A DNA stretch of 64,000 nucleotides from assembly GCA_963749495.1 (NCBI GenBank), contig CAVVMW010000013.1, positions 1 to 64,000 of the forward strand, in the 5' to 3' direction. Source of the stretch: an uncultured bacterium (GTDB lineage: Bacteria > Verrucomicrobiota > Verrucomicrobiia > Limisphaerales > UBA8199). Below the pieces are notes generated by a model. The model had not been told where the DNA came from and made no database searches. It was given only the letters and a program-made list of their open reading frames with translations. Both the position numbers and the translations under genes were made by a program. Below are positions 1 to 9,967 of this stretch, piece by piece (position 1 is the first letter of the stretch; every line of letters starts with the position of its first letter).

Positions 1-1004
1 CGGCGCTTCGGGGTGCGACGCCGCCGACGCGCAACAATCTGTCGCACGCGAACAAAGTGCGCGATGCGGTGATGGCCGAGAAGCTCTTCTGGGCAGTGTA
101 TGCCTATTTGGGGGACCTATCGCCCAAGTTTGTCTCTGGCAAGTCGGCGAAGCGGTTTGCCCGCCGATTCAAGCGGACGATTCACCTGGTTGACTCGACG
201 ACGATTGAATTGATCGCCTCCTGCATGGACTGGGCCAAGCACCGGCGGCGCAAGGCCGCAGCCAAGTGCCATTTGCGCTTAGACCTGCAAAGTTTTCTGC
301 CGCGCTTTGCGATTATCGACACCGCGCGGGAGGCCGACGCGAAACGAGCCCGGGAACTCTGCGCCGGGATTAAGGACGGCGAAATCGTCATATTTGACAA
401 GGCTTACATCGACTTTGAGCATCTCTACGATCTGGAGCTCCGCGGGGTAGTGTGGGTCACGCGGGCCAAGGAGAACCTGCAATACGAGGTGGTCCAAGCC
501 TACCCGGTGAAGGCGGGCGGCAAGGTGGTCTCCGACAAACTGGTCGGGCTGAAGAATCCGACCTCGCAAAAGGCCTACCCCGCGCTCATGCGGCGGATCG
601 TCGCTTGGGTTGAAGTGGATGGCAAAGAGCGACTGATGACCTTCCTGACCAACCAGTTGACCTGGAGTCCCGAGAGCGTGGTGGAGTTGTACCGCTGCCG
701 CTGGCAGATCGAAGTCTTCTTCAAGCAGATCAAAGGGACGCTGCAGTTGGCGGATTTCCTGGGCACCAGCGCCAACGCGGTACGGTGGCAGGTTTGGACG
801 GCACTCTTAGTCTATTTATTGCTGCGTTACTTGGCTTTCCTCTCGGACTGGGCCCACAGCTTTAGCCGGTTGTTTGCCGTCGTACGCACTTGTCTGTGGC
901 GCAAATGGGACTTACTCAAGCTCCTAGCACGCTATGGGACAGCCGGGGGCAGCTTCCGATACCTGGCACGGCCAGAACAAGCATTTTTCCCTGGATTTGT
1001 CTAA
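1..1004 (+). CDS. IS4-family DDE transposase, 5' part outside window
   Basis: Motifs VDSTTI, IFDKAY, YRCRWQIEVFFKQIK (IS4 Y-R-E-K signature); frame runs off the window start. Confidence 0.92.
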   Translation, partial: ALRGATPPTRNNLSHANKVRDAVMAEKLFWAVYAYLGDLSPKFVSGKSAKRFARRFKRTIHLVDSTTIELIASCMDWAKHRRRKAAAKCHLRLDLQSFLPRFAIIDTAREADAKRARELCAGIKDGEIVIFDKAYIDFEHLYDLELRGVVWVTRAKENLQYEVVQAYPVKAGGKVVSDKLVGLKNPTSQKAYPALMRRIVAWVEVDGKERLMTFLTNQLTWSPESVVELYRCRWQIEVFFKQIKGTLQLADFLGTSANAVRWQVWTALLVYLLLRYLAFLSDWAHSFSRLFAVVRTCLWRKWDLLKLLARYGTAGGSFRYLARPEQAFFPGFV

Positions 1005-1158
1005 AGCTGTGGGACAGCCGAGTTTCCCCGGCACGCGCAACCCACACCACCTACCAAAATGACCTGAAATTCTTAAAGTGCTTCCGCCGTGGCCCGTTGA
1101 ATTCCTTCGGAAAACCGCAGGATTAGGGTGGGGTTTTGTCCCTTATGGGATGCCAGTG
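1..1158 (+). mobile_element. IS4-family insertion sequence, right part
   Basis: Transposase followed by terminal-like TATGGGATGCCAGTG (1144-1158); related TATGGGACAGC/TGTGGGACAGC near 933 and 1008; GC drops after 1158. Confidence 0.7.
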
Positions 1159-1678
1159 AATAAAAGTAGAAGTGCATATAACTGCTTCCAGTCCGATCCG
1201 TAGTGTAATAAGTGGGTGAACAGTGCAACGTAGAGACGAATGGAACTGCGAGCCTGGGTGTTCGGGATGGTCAATGTGTATGGCCGTGAGCATCAGCCCA
1301 ACATAGCCCATAATCAACCATCAGGAGTCAGGACAATCATTCATCAAGGAGGTCACAGCGTCTCTATGGGCCGTTTTGTGCCACTAAGGAGACTGCCATA
1401 GACGAGTGCAACCCATATCCAATGTTCATCGTGATTATCGGGTATCCATACAGTAGGGACATTCTCACGCGTATAGACATCGCAACGGAGTCTGGATGGA
1501 TATAGTAAGTGTAATGTTGGGATATTCCTCACTTCATACGCCTCCCCTCTTCTAGAATGATAGCCTTCGGTGGGATAATACACAGCAGACAGATTAGCTA
1601 ACAACGAGTCCGTCTCCCGCCCATAGCCTTTCAGGTTATGGGCGTTCTAATTGTATAAACCTCAACCACAGGAAGCTT

Positions 1679-2359
1679 ATGTCGCCTGCCTCCAGCTATC
1701 TACTACAAACCCCAATAGTGCCTCGTCTTAAAGGAGCGATACCTCTAAACGTAAATTGCGTTGGTGCTGAAGACCCTGAGGAACTGGTCCAAGATGCCAC
1801 TGCCTCTGCCGCCAAGATGCTCAAGAATGTGGAGCGAGCAAAGAAGAAAGTAACGGCTGGGAATATTACGTTTTACTGCATCCAGCACCTGAAGTCAGGC
1901 AGAAGGTCAACTGGTTCTTCTGTGGCTGACGTTTACGGTTCAGGCACGCAGTTGATGGGCAGGAGCAAGTTGATCAGCCTTGAACAAGTTGCCGCTGGAA
2001 GTGAGGAGGCTGGCGAGGAGATCTTCACCTTCAACGATGTGCTGTCGCGTGATGAAGAAGATCCTTCGACCAAAGCTGCAAGGAGCCTCGATTGGAATGA
2101 GTTCTGGTCCGGGCTGTCGAAAAGGGAACGGGCCATGATTGAATTCATGATCGAAGGCAACAATCTCCGAAAGGCTGCTCGTGCTCTCAAATGCAGCCGT
2201 TCGGCCATCCAGGACAGCAAGAGAGACCTTGCTGCGAAGCTCCTGGACTTCATGGGCACCGACATTCTTATTGAGTTAAGGCGCCTTCCTCGATGGAAAG
2301 ATGACTTGGAGGCCATTCGTGAAAAGATGGAATGCAAAGAACAAAGGCCGCACCTCTAC
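1679..2359 (+). CDS. Sigma-70 region-4/LuxR-type HTH DNA-binding protein; native stop codon hit by IS630
   Basis: LSKRERAMIEFMIEGNNLRKAARALKCSRSAI is a region-4-like HTH; removing the IS630 restores CTC TAA at 2357. Confidence 0.65.
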
Positions 2360-3450
2360 TCATCAGTAAATGGCATAAGACACACTTGGAGCCATAAAAA
2401 AAGATCGGACCAACCTCCGAGCCTGCTTGATCTTAGCTAAGTCCTGTTCGATGCGCTGTCGAAGGGCTTCATTCTTGCGCAAGGGCTTCTTACTGGTGCC
2501 GTTCTGCTTTAAATGACTCCAGGCGAATTCGTCAGGATTCAAATCTGGGGCATAGGGCGGTAGAAAATGAAGTTCCAAGCGGCCTTTGGTCGATTGTACA
2601 TATTGGGCAACCGACTTAGCCTTGTGTGCGGGCAATCCATCTACGACCAACATGACCGGCTTCGTGCGCCCTTTCATAAGGTCTTTGAGCATCACAATGA
2701 ACAGCACTGCCCCCAGGGTGCCGGCGTAAACCTTGTACCAAAAGGCTCCCTTGGCGTTCACCGCACTGATCGCGTTAATCTGCTGGCGCTGCCCGGAGGT
2801 TTTCACCACCGGTGTTTTGCCTTTCAGTCCGTAACTCCGTCCCAGCGGGCTATCGGATCGCACGCCCACTTCATCGAGAAAGAAGATGTCCGCACCCCTC
2901 TGTTTAGCCCGTCTCCTCAACTCCGGATACTTCTCCTCCTTCCACTGGCGGATCTCCGCTTCATTGCGCTCGTAAGCTCGGCGCAGTGGCTTCTGGGGCG
3001 TTATGTCCAGCGAAGTCAGCAGACGACCTATCGAGGGAAGCGTCAGCGAGACTCTAAACCTATCCTGGATCATCGTGGCGATGATGCTTCGGGTCCATAA
3101 CCCGAAGTCAAATCCGTATTGGCGTGGGTCTCTGCCAACAATCCAACGCCTAACCTGCCGCTTTTGGCCTTCGGTTAGCTTGGGCGATGGCCCTTTAGCC
3201 GTCGTGCTCCGCAAAGCTTCGCGTCCGCGCTTCCTACGTGCGCGCAACCACTTATAGATGGAGGTCCGATAGATTCCGAACGACTTCGCCACGACACTGG
3301 GCCTCTCGCCAGCCAAGACTCGGTCCGTGGCGAGCATCCGCATGTGCTCCAAGACCTTGTGGTCCAACGACCGATTATCGATTCTTGCCATGACGGAATG
3401 AACATAGCACGGTCCCATCTAGTGTGTCAAGTCCTATTTACTGGTCAATA
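2357..3450 (-). mobile_element. Complete IS630-family element with TA target duplication
   Basis: Imperfect terminal IRs TACTCATCAGTAAATGGCATAAGACACACT and revcomp TATTGACCAGTAAATAGGACTTGACACACT; TA at 2357-2358 and 3449-3450. Confidence 0.92.
2363..3418 (-). CDS. IS630-family transposase
   Basis: N-terminal HTH; DDE motifs FLDE, VVDGLPAH, LPPYAPDLNPDE. Confidence 0.95.
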   Translation of the reverse strand: MGPCYVHSVMARIDNRSLDHKVLEHMRMLATDRVLAGERPSVVAKSFGIYRTSIYKWLRARRKRGREALRSTTAKGPSPKLTEGQKRQVRRWIVGRDPRQYGFDFGLWTRSIIATMIQDRFRVSLTLPSIGRLLTSLDITPQKPLRRAYERNEAEIRQWKEEKYPELRRRAKQRGADIFFLDEVGVRSDSPLGRSYGLKGKTPVVKTSGQRQQINAISAVNAKGAFWYKVYAGTLGAVLFIVMLKDLMKGRTKPVMLVVDGLPAHKAKSVAQYVQSTKGRLELHFLPPYAPDLNPDEFAWSHLKQNGTSKKPLRKNEALRQRIEQDLAKIKQARRLVRSFFMAPSVSYAIY

Positions 3451-3457
3451 AACAACG

Positions 3458-3547
3458 TCCCCACCTTCCCACCTGCGTCTGCTCTATAGTTCTCCTGATT
3501 GGCTTCGATTGGGAAAACTATAGAGCGGCAGGTGCAGAGAGTGGGGA
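3458..3547. other. Long imperfect inverted repeat (stem-loop)
   Basis: Pairs TCCCCAC/GTGGGGA, CACCTGC/GCAGGTG and GCTCTATAGTT/AACTATAGAGC; lies between convergent genes once IS630 is removed. Confidence 0.75.
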
Positions 3548-3736
3548 GGCCCAGAAAGCAGGTCGTTTAGCTATCAGTTCGGGCTTGGACGATGCGCCGC
3601 TATCGGTAATGAATCCCCTGGCTTCTACATGGGCTCCTGTGGCTCTTTATTGAGGGCTATGGGGGCGGTGTAGAGGCTGCTGGAATTAGAGCTTTTGGCT
3701 CTTTACTTTAGGTATGAACGGTTGCGTAGATGGACC

Positions 3737-4579
3737 TCAGCCCGGTCCAAATCGCAACAGACCAGGCTCGAACAGTCTTTCCCAAGCTCCATCGTAACCG
3801 GCCATGTTGGATAGAAATGAACGAAAGGCACTGATCGTGAAAAAGTGAATGTGGGAGACGAAGAAAGTGTCCGGCTTCTTCCGGATTCGGCGCCCTAGGT
3901 AAAACTCGCACTGGTCCACTCGTTCAGCCTTAGGTGGCGTTTTGTCGTCGTGTCCATAAACTAGCTTCCATAGTGATTTATCTGAGACTACTACGACAGG
4001 CAGAACCGCCGAGAAGATAGTTTCGGCGACTGGTCTGAACGCTAGAGCAACCAACTCTAGCACTGAAGAAAGCGCTTGCGCGCAGTTCTCATAGATGTCA
4101 GAGTCAGGTCCTGCCACAGCCGCAGGCGACCTAGAGTTTTCAGGTTTGAGCCGCAATAGACTCTTGCCTACAAAGTCCCCTGGCCTATAGAAGCTCTGCT
4201 TGCTCCCGGCTGCGTAAGTCATCGAGCGCGGCCCAACCACCGTGTCGGCGCCTCGCTGAACTGTAGCGCCACCACCGACTGACACAATTAGGTCGTGGAA
4301 CGCCTCTACGTCCTCCCGGAAGGTTCCACAGATGACCAGGGGGTAGGATGGGTTGAGATTCTTACACTCGACCGCGAGCCCCAATATCGTAGCCCCCTTT
4401 GTTAGCCAGCATCTGTAATCAAACTGTCTCGGCTTTCCTGTTACAGGGTCAGTGTAGGTGCCGCCATGTTGAACGACAAAACCTGGAATCGCTCTTATCG
4501 CAGCTCCGACTCGCATTTCATGTCCAAAGTCGTCCTCTGTGGCCGCTATCTTCAGGATGTCGGAGTCAGAGATTTCCAT
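3737..4579 (-). CDS. Hypothetical protein, possible PD-(D/E)XK nuclease fold
   Basis: FGHEMRV...RQFD...LAVECK spacing resembles restriction-endonuclease-like motifs; GC lower than the flanking CAZyme genes. Confidence 0.55.
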   Translation of the reverse strand: MEISDSDILKIAATEDDFGHEMRVGAAIRAIPGFVVQHGGTYTDPVTGKPRQFDYRCWLTKGATILGLAVECKNLNPSYPLVICGTFREDVEAFHDLIVSVGGGATVQRGADTVVGPRSMTYAAGSKQSFYRPGDFVGKSLLRLKPENSRSPAAVAGPDSDIYENCAQALSSVLELVALAFRPVAETIFSAVLPVVVVSDKSLWKLVYGHDDKTPPKAERVDQCEFYLGRRIRKKPDTFFVSHIHFFTISAFRSFLSNMAGYDGAWERLFEPGLLRFGPG

Positions 4580-6561
4580 AAATAGTATTGCTAATCACGT
4601 TTTCTTAGCTGTCTGGCGCATTCTACCCGGCACAGGACAGGCGTCAACTTCAAACATGCACATAATCTCCCCCATGACCAGCCGCTCACCGCCACCCCCA
4701 TCCAGGCGTGAGCCCTCCGGTTCACCCATCAGCCAAGGGGTCGGGTGGCCTGCACTTGCTCCGCGCTGGCCTGTCCTGTGCATTTGAGCGGGCTGGACCA
4801 CCTCACCATGGCGCTCTGGCCTCACGCCTCTTTCTGGGGCCTCCTGGCGTTGAGAAAGGGCAAAATCCCTGAACAGGCCGGTATCCTCAAGTTTCTCGAA
4901 GTCCGCCGCTCATCTGCTGCATTGACCTGGCCAGCAGAATCGAATAATCTGCGCACATGGCCACGAAGTCCGGGTTTTACTAAATCATAGAGTATGAACT
5001 TGCCCCCGTCAGCCGGTAGTTCCAGGCGCGCGTCCTTGGCCAGGCCCACCGAGCGGAACAGGGTCCGGTTCTTGTCATAACTGGCGCTCAGGTCGCCGGT
5101 GATGACCACGGTGCCGTCGTCGGGATTGGCCGGGCCCGTGGCTCGCCGCCGGTTTTCTTTCGCAACCCGTCGAACACAAACACCCACGGCAGGCCATTCT
5201 TGAACAGGATCTCCTTGAACTCGCGCTGGCCGATGAAATGCTGGCAGGCAGCCACCGCGGCGCCGGGAGACCATGCTTGGGCCACGGCGTACTCTTTGCC
5301 GCCGACCCGGTGCTTTTGGGAAGTAAAAACGTTTCCGGCATAAATGCCTGCGGTCCGATCCTGGCCCATGGCGCGCATGGAAGCGATTACCGCGGCCACC
5401 CGGTCGTCCGAGTTGGCCACCCAGCTTTCCGTGTCCCAAACGCGCACCCGCCCATACTCACCCTCGCGGTTCATCCATTTAGGCTCGAGCACCGGGTCGG
5501 CCGAGAGCGGTTGGTAATGGATGCTCACGAAATCCAGCCAAGGCAGGAAGGTGTCTGTGCCGTCGCAAAAGAGCTTGTCCCGCGTATTGGCAGAGGAGCA
5601 CGCCCCGCCGATGAGGACTCTTACGCCCGCCTCCTTGCGCGCTTCGAGCACGGCTTCGGCCATCACCTTGTAGAGCTCGCGAAAGCGCGCGATGTCCGCG
5701 CCCCAACCGCTGATGGACACGCCTTCCCAGGGTTCGTTCCATAGTTCAACCGCATTGACCGGCCCTTTGGGCCAGCCATACTTCGAGATCACGTCCTTGA
5801 GATAGCGCTTGAACTCCGGATCGAACGCGGGCAGCCAGGCGAGGTCTTCCTTCACCCCTTCGATGCACGTGTTGTCCGGTTTCAGCCACGGACGCCCCCG
5901 CCCAAGAGGCTGCTGCTCACCGGGTGTGTTGCCGCAGCCGACGGTGAGCATCAGCGTCACGTCGTTTTCCATCGCCCAGTCAACGTGCGCATCGGCAATC
6001 GTGTTGTAGCCGCCTTCGGTCCGGGCGCCTTTGACGCCCAGGCGCTTGAAGACATTGAAGACCTGCGGCGACATCTCATGCGGCCAGCCCAGGTCCATTG
6101 CATAGGTCGGGAGCCGCTCCCGGCCCGGCTCCGGCGCCGGCACGCGCACGCAGGTGCAGCCAAAAGCGCGCCCGTGCTCCCCCAGGTCGAGAATCACCGC
6201 GTAGCCGCCGAATGCATCCCCGATTCTTGGACTGACTTCGAAGCTCCCTCCCTCAGCCGGCAGATCCACCTCGACCGAGCTGGAACTGCCCTCGGCGATC
6301 TTGAACACGATGGGCTTCCACCAATCGCCAGGCTTGCCCTTGGTGCCGTAGCGGATGACGTTTGCCTTGATGGCCCCCTTGAAAGGTTGACCCGGCTTGA
6401 CGAAGAAGGTGAAGCTCACATCGTCTCCCGGCCAAAGAACGTTGGCCCCCCGGCTGCAGCCGATCTGCTGTGCGGACCAGCCTTTAGCCGAGAGGTTGAA
6501 CGTCTTGCCGAAGTCCGTCATCGCGTTGCCGGTGGTCATTTGGGCCCAACCGGAAGACCCC

Positions 6562-7202
6562 TGTCAGTGGTGAAACGGAATGGATGCAATCCTGGCGGTT
6601 GAGAACGGGATCTTCTTCCCCTGGATTTTCTTCGAGCAATTCGCTGAAAACTCTTCTTCCTTCTTCTCAGTCGTGGTTCTTCTTCGGCTTGGACCCTCGC
6701 TCCATCCGCGCTTGCGGCAGCCCCGGAAAATCGCAAAACTCCTCGGAGAATGGCATCAAAGCGAAAGTGCCGGGCCTGTGGAAAGCCCTTCAGCCCCGAT
6801 TACCGAAACCAAGCGGACCAGGCTTTCTGCCCCCGGCCCGAGTGCCGGCGTCTGCGCCGAGCGGACGCGCAGCGCAAACGGCGTGAGCGCGCTCGCCAGG
6901 CCGACAGCCTTACAAGACGGCTGAAGCCCTCTGAAGCCCGCTGGCTGCGAAGGAACCCCATGATAATCGGGCTGGTCTCGGTGCTGATCGGTTCGACGGA
7001 CTGGCAGGAGATCGAAGCCTTTTGTGCGTCGGCCAGTTTGAGGGGAAGGAAGATCCTTGATGGGACGCTGGCAGAAGAGGACGGAAACACCCTGAAAAAT
7101 CAGGGTTCCGACACGGGAACGCCATCGTAAAATCGGCTGGGCTCCGAAACAGATCCCATTCCTAACCGTCGGTTTTGCATCCCGTTCGCGCCAACGGTGA
7201 CA
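6562..7202 (+). mobile_element. 641-bp non-autonomous IS21-like cassette with 5-bp target duplication
   Basis: TGTCA...TGACA ends, ~50-bp imperfect IRs (GGATGCAA..CGGTT..GGGATCT), ACCCC at 6557-6561 and 7203-7207; no transposase. Confidence 0.85.
6750..7130 (+). CDS. Small basic Cys4 (zinc-finger-like) passenger protein
   Basis: CRAC...FCPRPEC followed by an Arg-rich helix; GGAG upstream of the ATG; the only plausible gene in the cassette. Confidence 0.7.
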   Translation: MASKRKCRACGKPFSPDYRNQADQAFCPRPECRRLRRADAQRKRRERARQADSLTRRLKPSEARWLRRNPMIIGLVSVLIGSTDWQEIEAFCASASLRGRKILDGTLAEEDGNTLKNQGSDTGTPS

Positions 7203-7425
7203 ACCCCGGCAGCGAGAGAATTACGGTTGCCAGCCACAAGGTATTCCGTGCATGGGCAGCCCGCGTTTTCATATTTGCATTCATTAAATGAACGTCAGCC
7301 GAGCGAATCTCGGCCAAGAGTCGCCGAAGTCAGAGAATATTCAAGCAAAAGTTTTCATTTGTGAAGTGACGAAGTGAAAACTGAGGCTCGACTGCGCTAG
7401 CCTGACATCAGCCCTTGCCGATGAA

Positions 7426-9933
7426 TCAGTGGTCGGGATGAAATCTCGCCTCGAGGGTGACTGCGTCTCCTTTGGCCAAGGCAAGCCGGCAGCCTTGCTT
7501 GCGCACCCCCTGGGCGATCACCGGCAGGCTTTTGCCGTTGGCCGTCAACAACTCCACCGCCATCCCCGGCGGCAGGACCACGTCGAGGGTCTGGTCGATC
7601 TGCGAGGCCAGCACGGCGGTCAGCGTCCCGGCTTTCATGTCCCAACGGAGCACGTCCACGCGGAGCTGCCCCCGGGCGCGCGTGCCGCGGATGGAGCCTC
7701 GGGGCAACGCGTCGGGAATGGCCGGCAACATCATCAGCCGGCCGGGCTTGGATTGGACGGCCAGGCGGTTGACAATCTCGGGAATCGAGCCGTTGCCGTC
7801 GTCGCAGAGGATTTGGGGGCCGTCGTTGTGGGCCGTGATCATGCTCGCGTACATGGAACGATCGGTGGCCATCAGTTGAAGCCGGCCAAAGGCCTCGTTT
7901 CCCATCCCCAGCGTGGCGGCCGCGAGGCCCATGTGCATGCGGCCATGAGTGGCCGTCTCCTTGGCTTCCCGCAGCCGGTTATTCAGAGCCACTCGCGCCG
8001 CTTGGAAGAGCTTCGGATCGGCTTCCTCGCTGAACTCCTGGCTCTCGAAAGCGCCGTAAAGATGCATCAGGTGCCGGTGGTTGTTGTTCTCGCCTTTGTT
8101 CGGAATCGCCCATTCCTTGAGTTGGCCTTCGTCGTTGATCAGGTACGGCGGCAACTTGGCCAGCATCGCTTTCCAACGCCCCACGCCCTCCGGCTGGATC
8201 CCCAGCGTCTCGCAGGCGGCGATCAGGTTGGTGAGCAGTTCGCGGGTAATCGAGAGGTCCTGGGTGGCATTGTCAGCCAGGCCGTTCTCCGCCGAAAAGG
8301 AAGGGCTGAAGCGGGACTGGCCGTTGGCATCTTCGGTCCCTTTGAGGAAATCCTCCCAGAACAGGGCGCATTGTCTCATGTAGGGCACGGCGCGGTCGCG
8401 CAGGAAATCCCGGTCGCCGGTATATTGGTAATAATCGTAAAACCAGTGGGCCAGCCAGGAAGCGCCCGGTGTCCAGAACTGCCCCGGCCAGCCGCTGCCC
8501 CAGTGCAGGTGCAGTCCGAGGTTGGAGGCTCGGCTGCCGGAAAGGATGCCGCGGCAGCCGTAGAGCGTCTTTGCGTTGGCTTGAAAATCAGGAACGAATG
8601 CTTCCAGCAACTTGAAATAGCCACCCATGCATTCGGCCATGTTCCCGCTGAAGGCCGACTCGATGTCGAGCTGTATATTGGTGTCCAGCGTGTAATCGCC
8701 CGACCAGGCCGGCGCCCAGGTCCCAGTCCAGATCCCGAAGAGATTCGGCGGCGTGTCGGGTCCCGCCGCGCAAATAAACTCGTAACGACCCGCATCGTAC
8801 ATCCGTTCCAGCAACGCCGCCGGCAGGCGGTTCTCCTTTTTCGCCAGCGCCAGCAGCGGTTCGGTAGCCAGCCCGCGTTCAGCCGGTGTGCCTCCCAAAT
8901 CCACAGTGACCCGGTTGAAGATCTCCCCATGGGCCTTCGCGTGAGGCAGAAAGAGCGCATCGTACTCTGCCGGAAGGCCGGCCAGGCTCTCCTTCAGGCG
9001 CTTCATCCATTGAGATCGGTATTCCTTGCCCGCCCGTTGCGATGTCGTCGCCGTCTCCTTGGCGAACTCCGGATTGTCCGGGGAATACGCCCAGGCTTCG
9101 CTGCCCGTTAGCGGTGTCTTCCACGGCTCGACGCGCAGGACCAGCAACGCGGAATTCGCGCCGGTCAGGGTGATGGACTCGCCATCGGAGGTCATCGTTC
9201 CGCCCTGCGCCGTGACGCGCATCGCCCCGTCGTAGCCGCCCTTGCCCTTCACATAGACACTGTGGCAGGTAACCATGCCCTCGCGATGGACGAGGGTGGA
9301 TTCGATGAGTTTGTTCGCGGGTTTCTCCACGCGAAGCCGGCAAGTGAGTTTGCCCGCTGGCGCCGCCAACCTGACGACGATGACGTTGTCCACGCGCGAC
9401 ACGAACATGCGGCGCGAAAACGCGCCCTCGGTGGTGCGCCATTGTACCCGCACCTCGCTGGTGGAGAAATCTTCGACCCTCGCGTAATCGGTGATGTCGC
9501 CGCCGGCGGGTTGGTCGATCTTGACGAAAAGCCCCGGATGGAATGGGTCGGTCCAGATGATCTTGCCGCCCCAGCCTTGTTCCCTGGCCTTCGCCTCGAA
9601 GAACTTCTGGGCCTCGGCATAGCCTTTCTCGGCAATGATCCGGCGCATCTCCGGCAGGCATTTGCCCGTGTCCGGCAGCACCTCTCGCGAGCCGAGCGGC
9701 AGCCACAATTTGCAGTGATTGACGATGAGCGTCTCGTGTTCCGGATCACCGGCCAAAAGCGCTCCCATGATCCCGTTGCCCGCGGCCAGCGAATCCTCCC
9801 ACCGTTTGGCCGGATAAATACTGACCGTGCCATGCCTGGGCATCAGGGCGGCGGTGTCGGCCACAGGCGCCAGAGAGGCGCCCTGGGCCAAAATGGCGAT
9901 TCCCAATCCTGCCACTGCAATGATTTGTTTCAT
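7426..9933 (-). CDS. GH95-family glycoside hydrolase (alpha-L-fucosidase-like), secreted
   Basis: Signal peptide, WEDSLAAGNG, GRYEFI, DYTLDTNIQ, SAEN, HRHLMHLY. Confidence 0.88.
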   Translation of the reverse strand: MKQIIAVAGLGIAILAQGASLAPVADTAALMPRHGTVSIYPAKRWEDSLAAGNGIMGALLAGDPEHETLIVNHCKLWLPLGSREVLPDTGKCLPEMRRIIAEKGYAEAQKFFEAKAREQGWGGKIIWTDPFHPGLFVKIDQPAGGDITDYARVEDFSTSEVRVQWRTTEGAFSRRMFVSRVDNVIVVRLAAPAGKLTCRLRVEKPANKLIESTLVHREGMVTCHSVYVKGKGGYDGAMRVTAQGGTMTSDGESITLTGANSALLVLRVEPWKTPLTGSEAWAYSPDNPEFAKETATTSQRAGKEYRSQWMKRLKESLAGLPAEYDALFLPHAKAHGEIFNRVTVDLGGTPAERGLATEPLLALAKKENRLPAALLERMYDAGRYEFICAAGPDTPPNLFGIWTGTWAPAWSGDYTLDTNIQLDIESAFSGNMAECMGGYFKLLEAFVPDFQANAKTLYGCRGILSGSRASNLGLHLHWGSGWPGQFWTPGASWLAHWFYDYYQYTGDRDFLRDRAVPYMRQCALFWEDFLKGTEDANGQSRFSPSFSAENGLADNATQDLSITRELLTNLIAACETLGIQPEGVGRWKAMLAKLPPYLINDEGQLKEWAIPNKGENNNHRHLMHLYGAFESQEFSEEADPKLFQAARVALNNRLREAKETATHGRMHMGLAAATLGMGNEAFGRLQLMATDRSMYASMITAHNDGPQILCDDGNGSIPEIVNRLAVQSKPGRLMMLPAIPDALPRGSIRGTRARGQLRVDVLRWDMKAGTLTAVLASQIDQTLDVVLPPGMAVELLTANGKSLPVIAQGVRKQGCRLALAKGDAVTLEARFHPDH

Positions 9934-9967
9934 AGTTGTCTGCGAAAGGGGTTGCTCGCCAAAACCA

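Larger units (their letters stand above)
4985..7272 (-). pseudogene. Secreted clan GH-A-like glycoside hydrolase (GH5/GH39-like), disrupted at three points
   Basis: ELWNEPW, SIHY and WDTESW motifs; signal peptide split by the insertion at 6562-7202; frameshift near 5125-5165; C-terminus lost near 4985. Confidence 0.75.
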
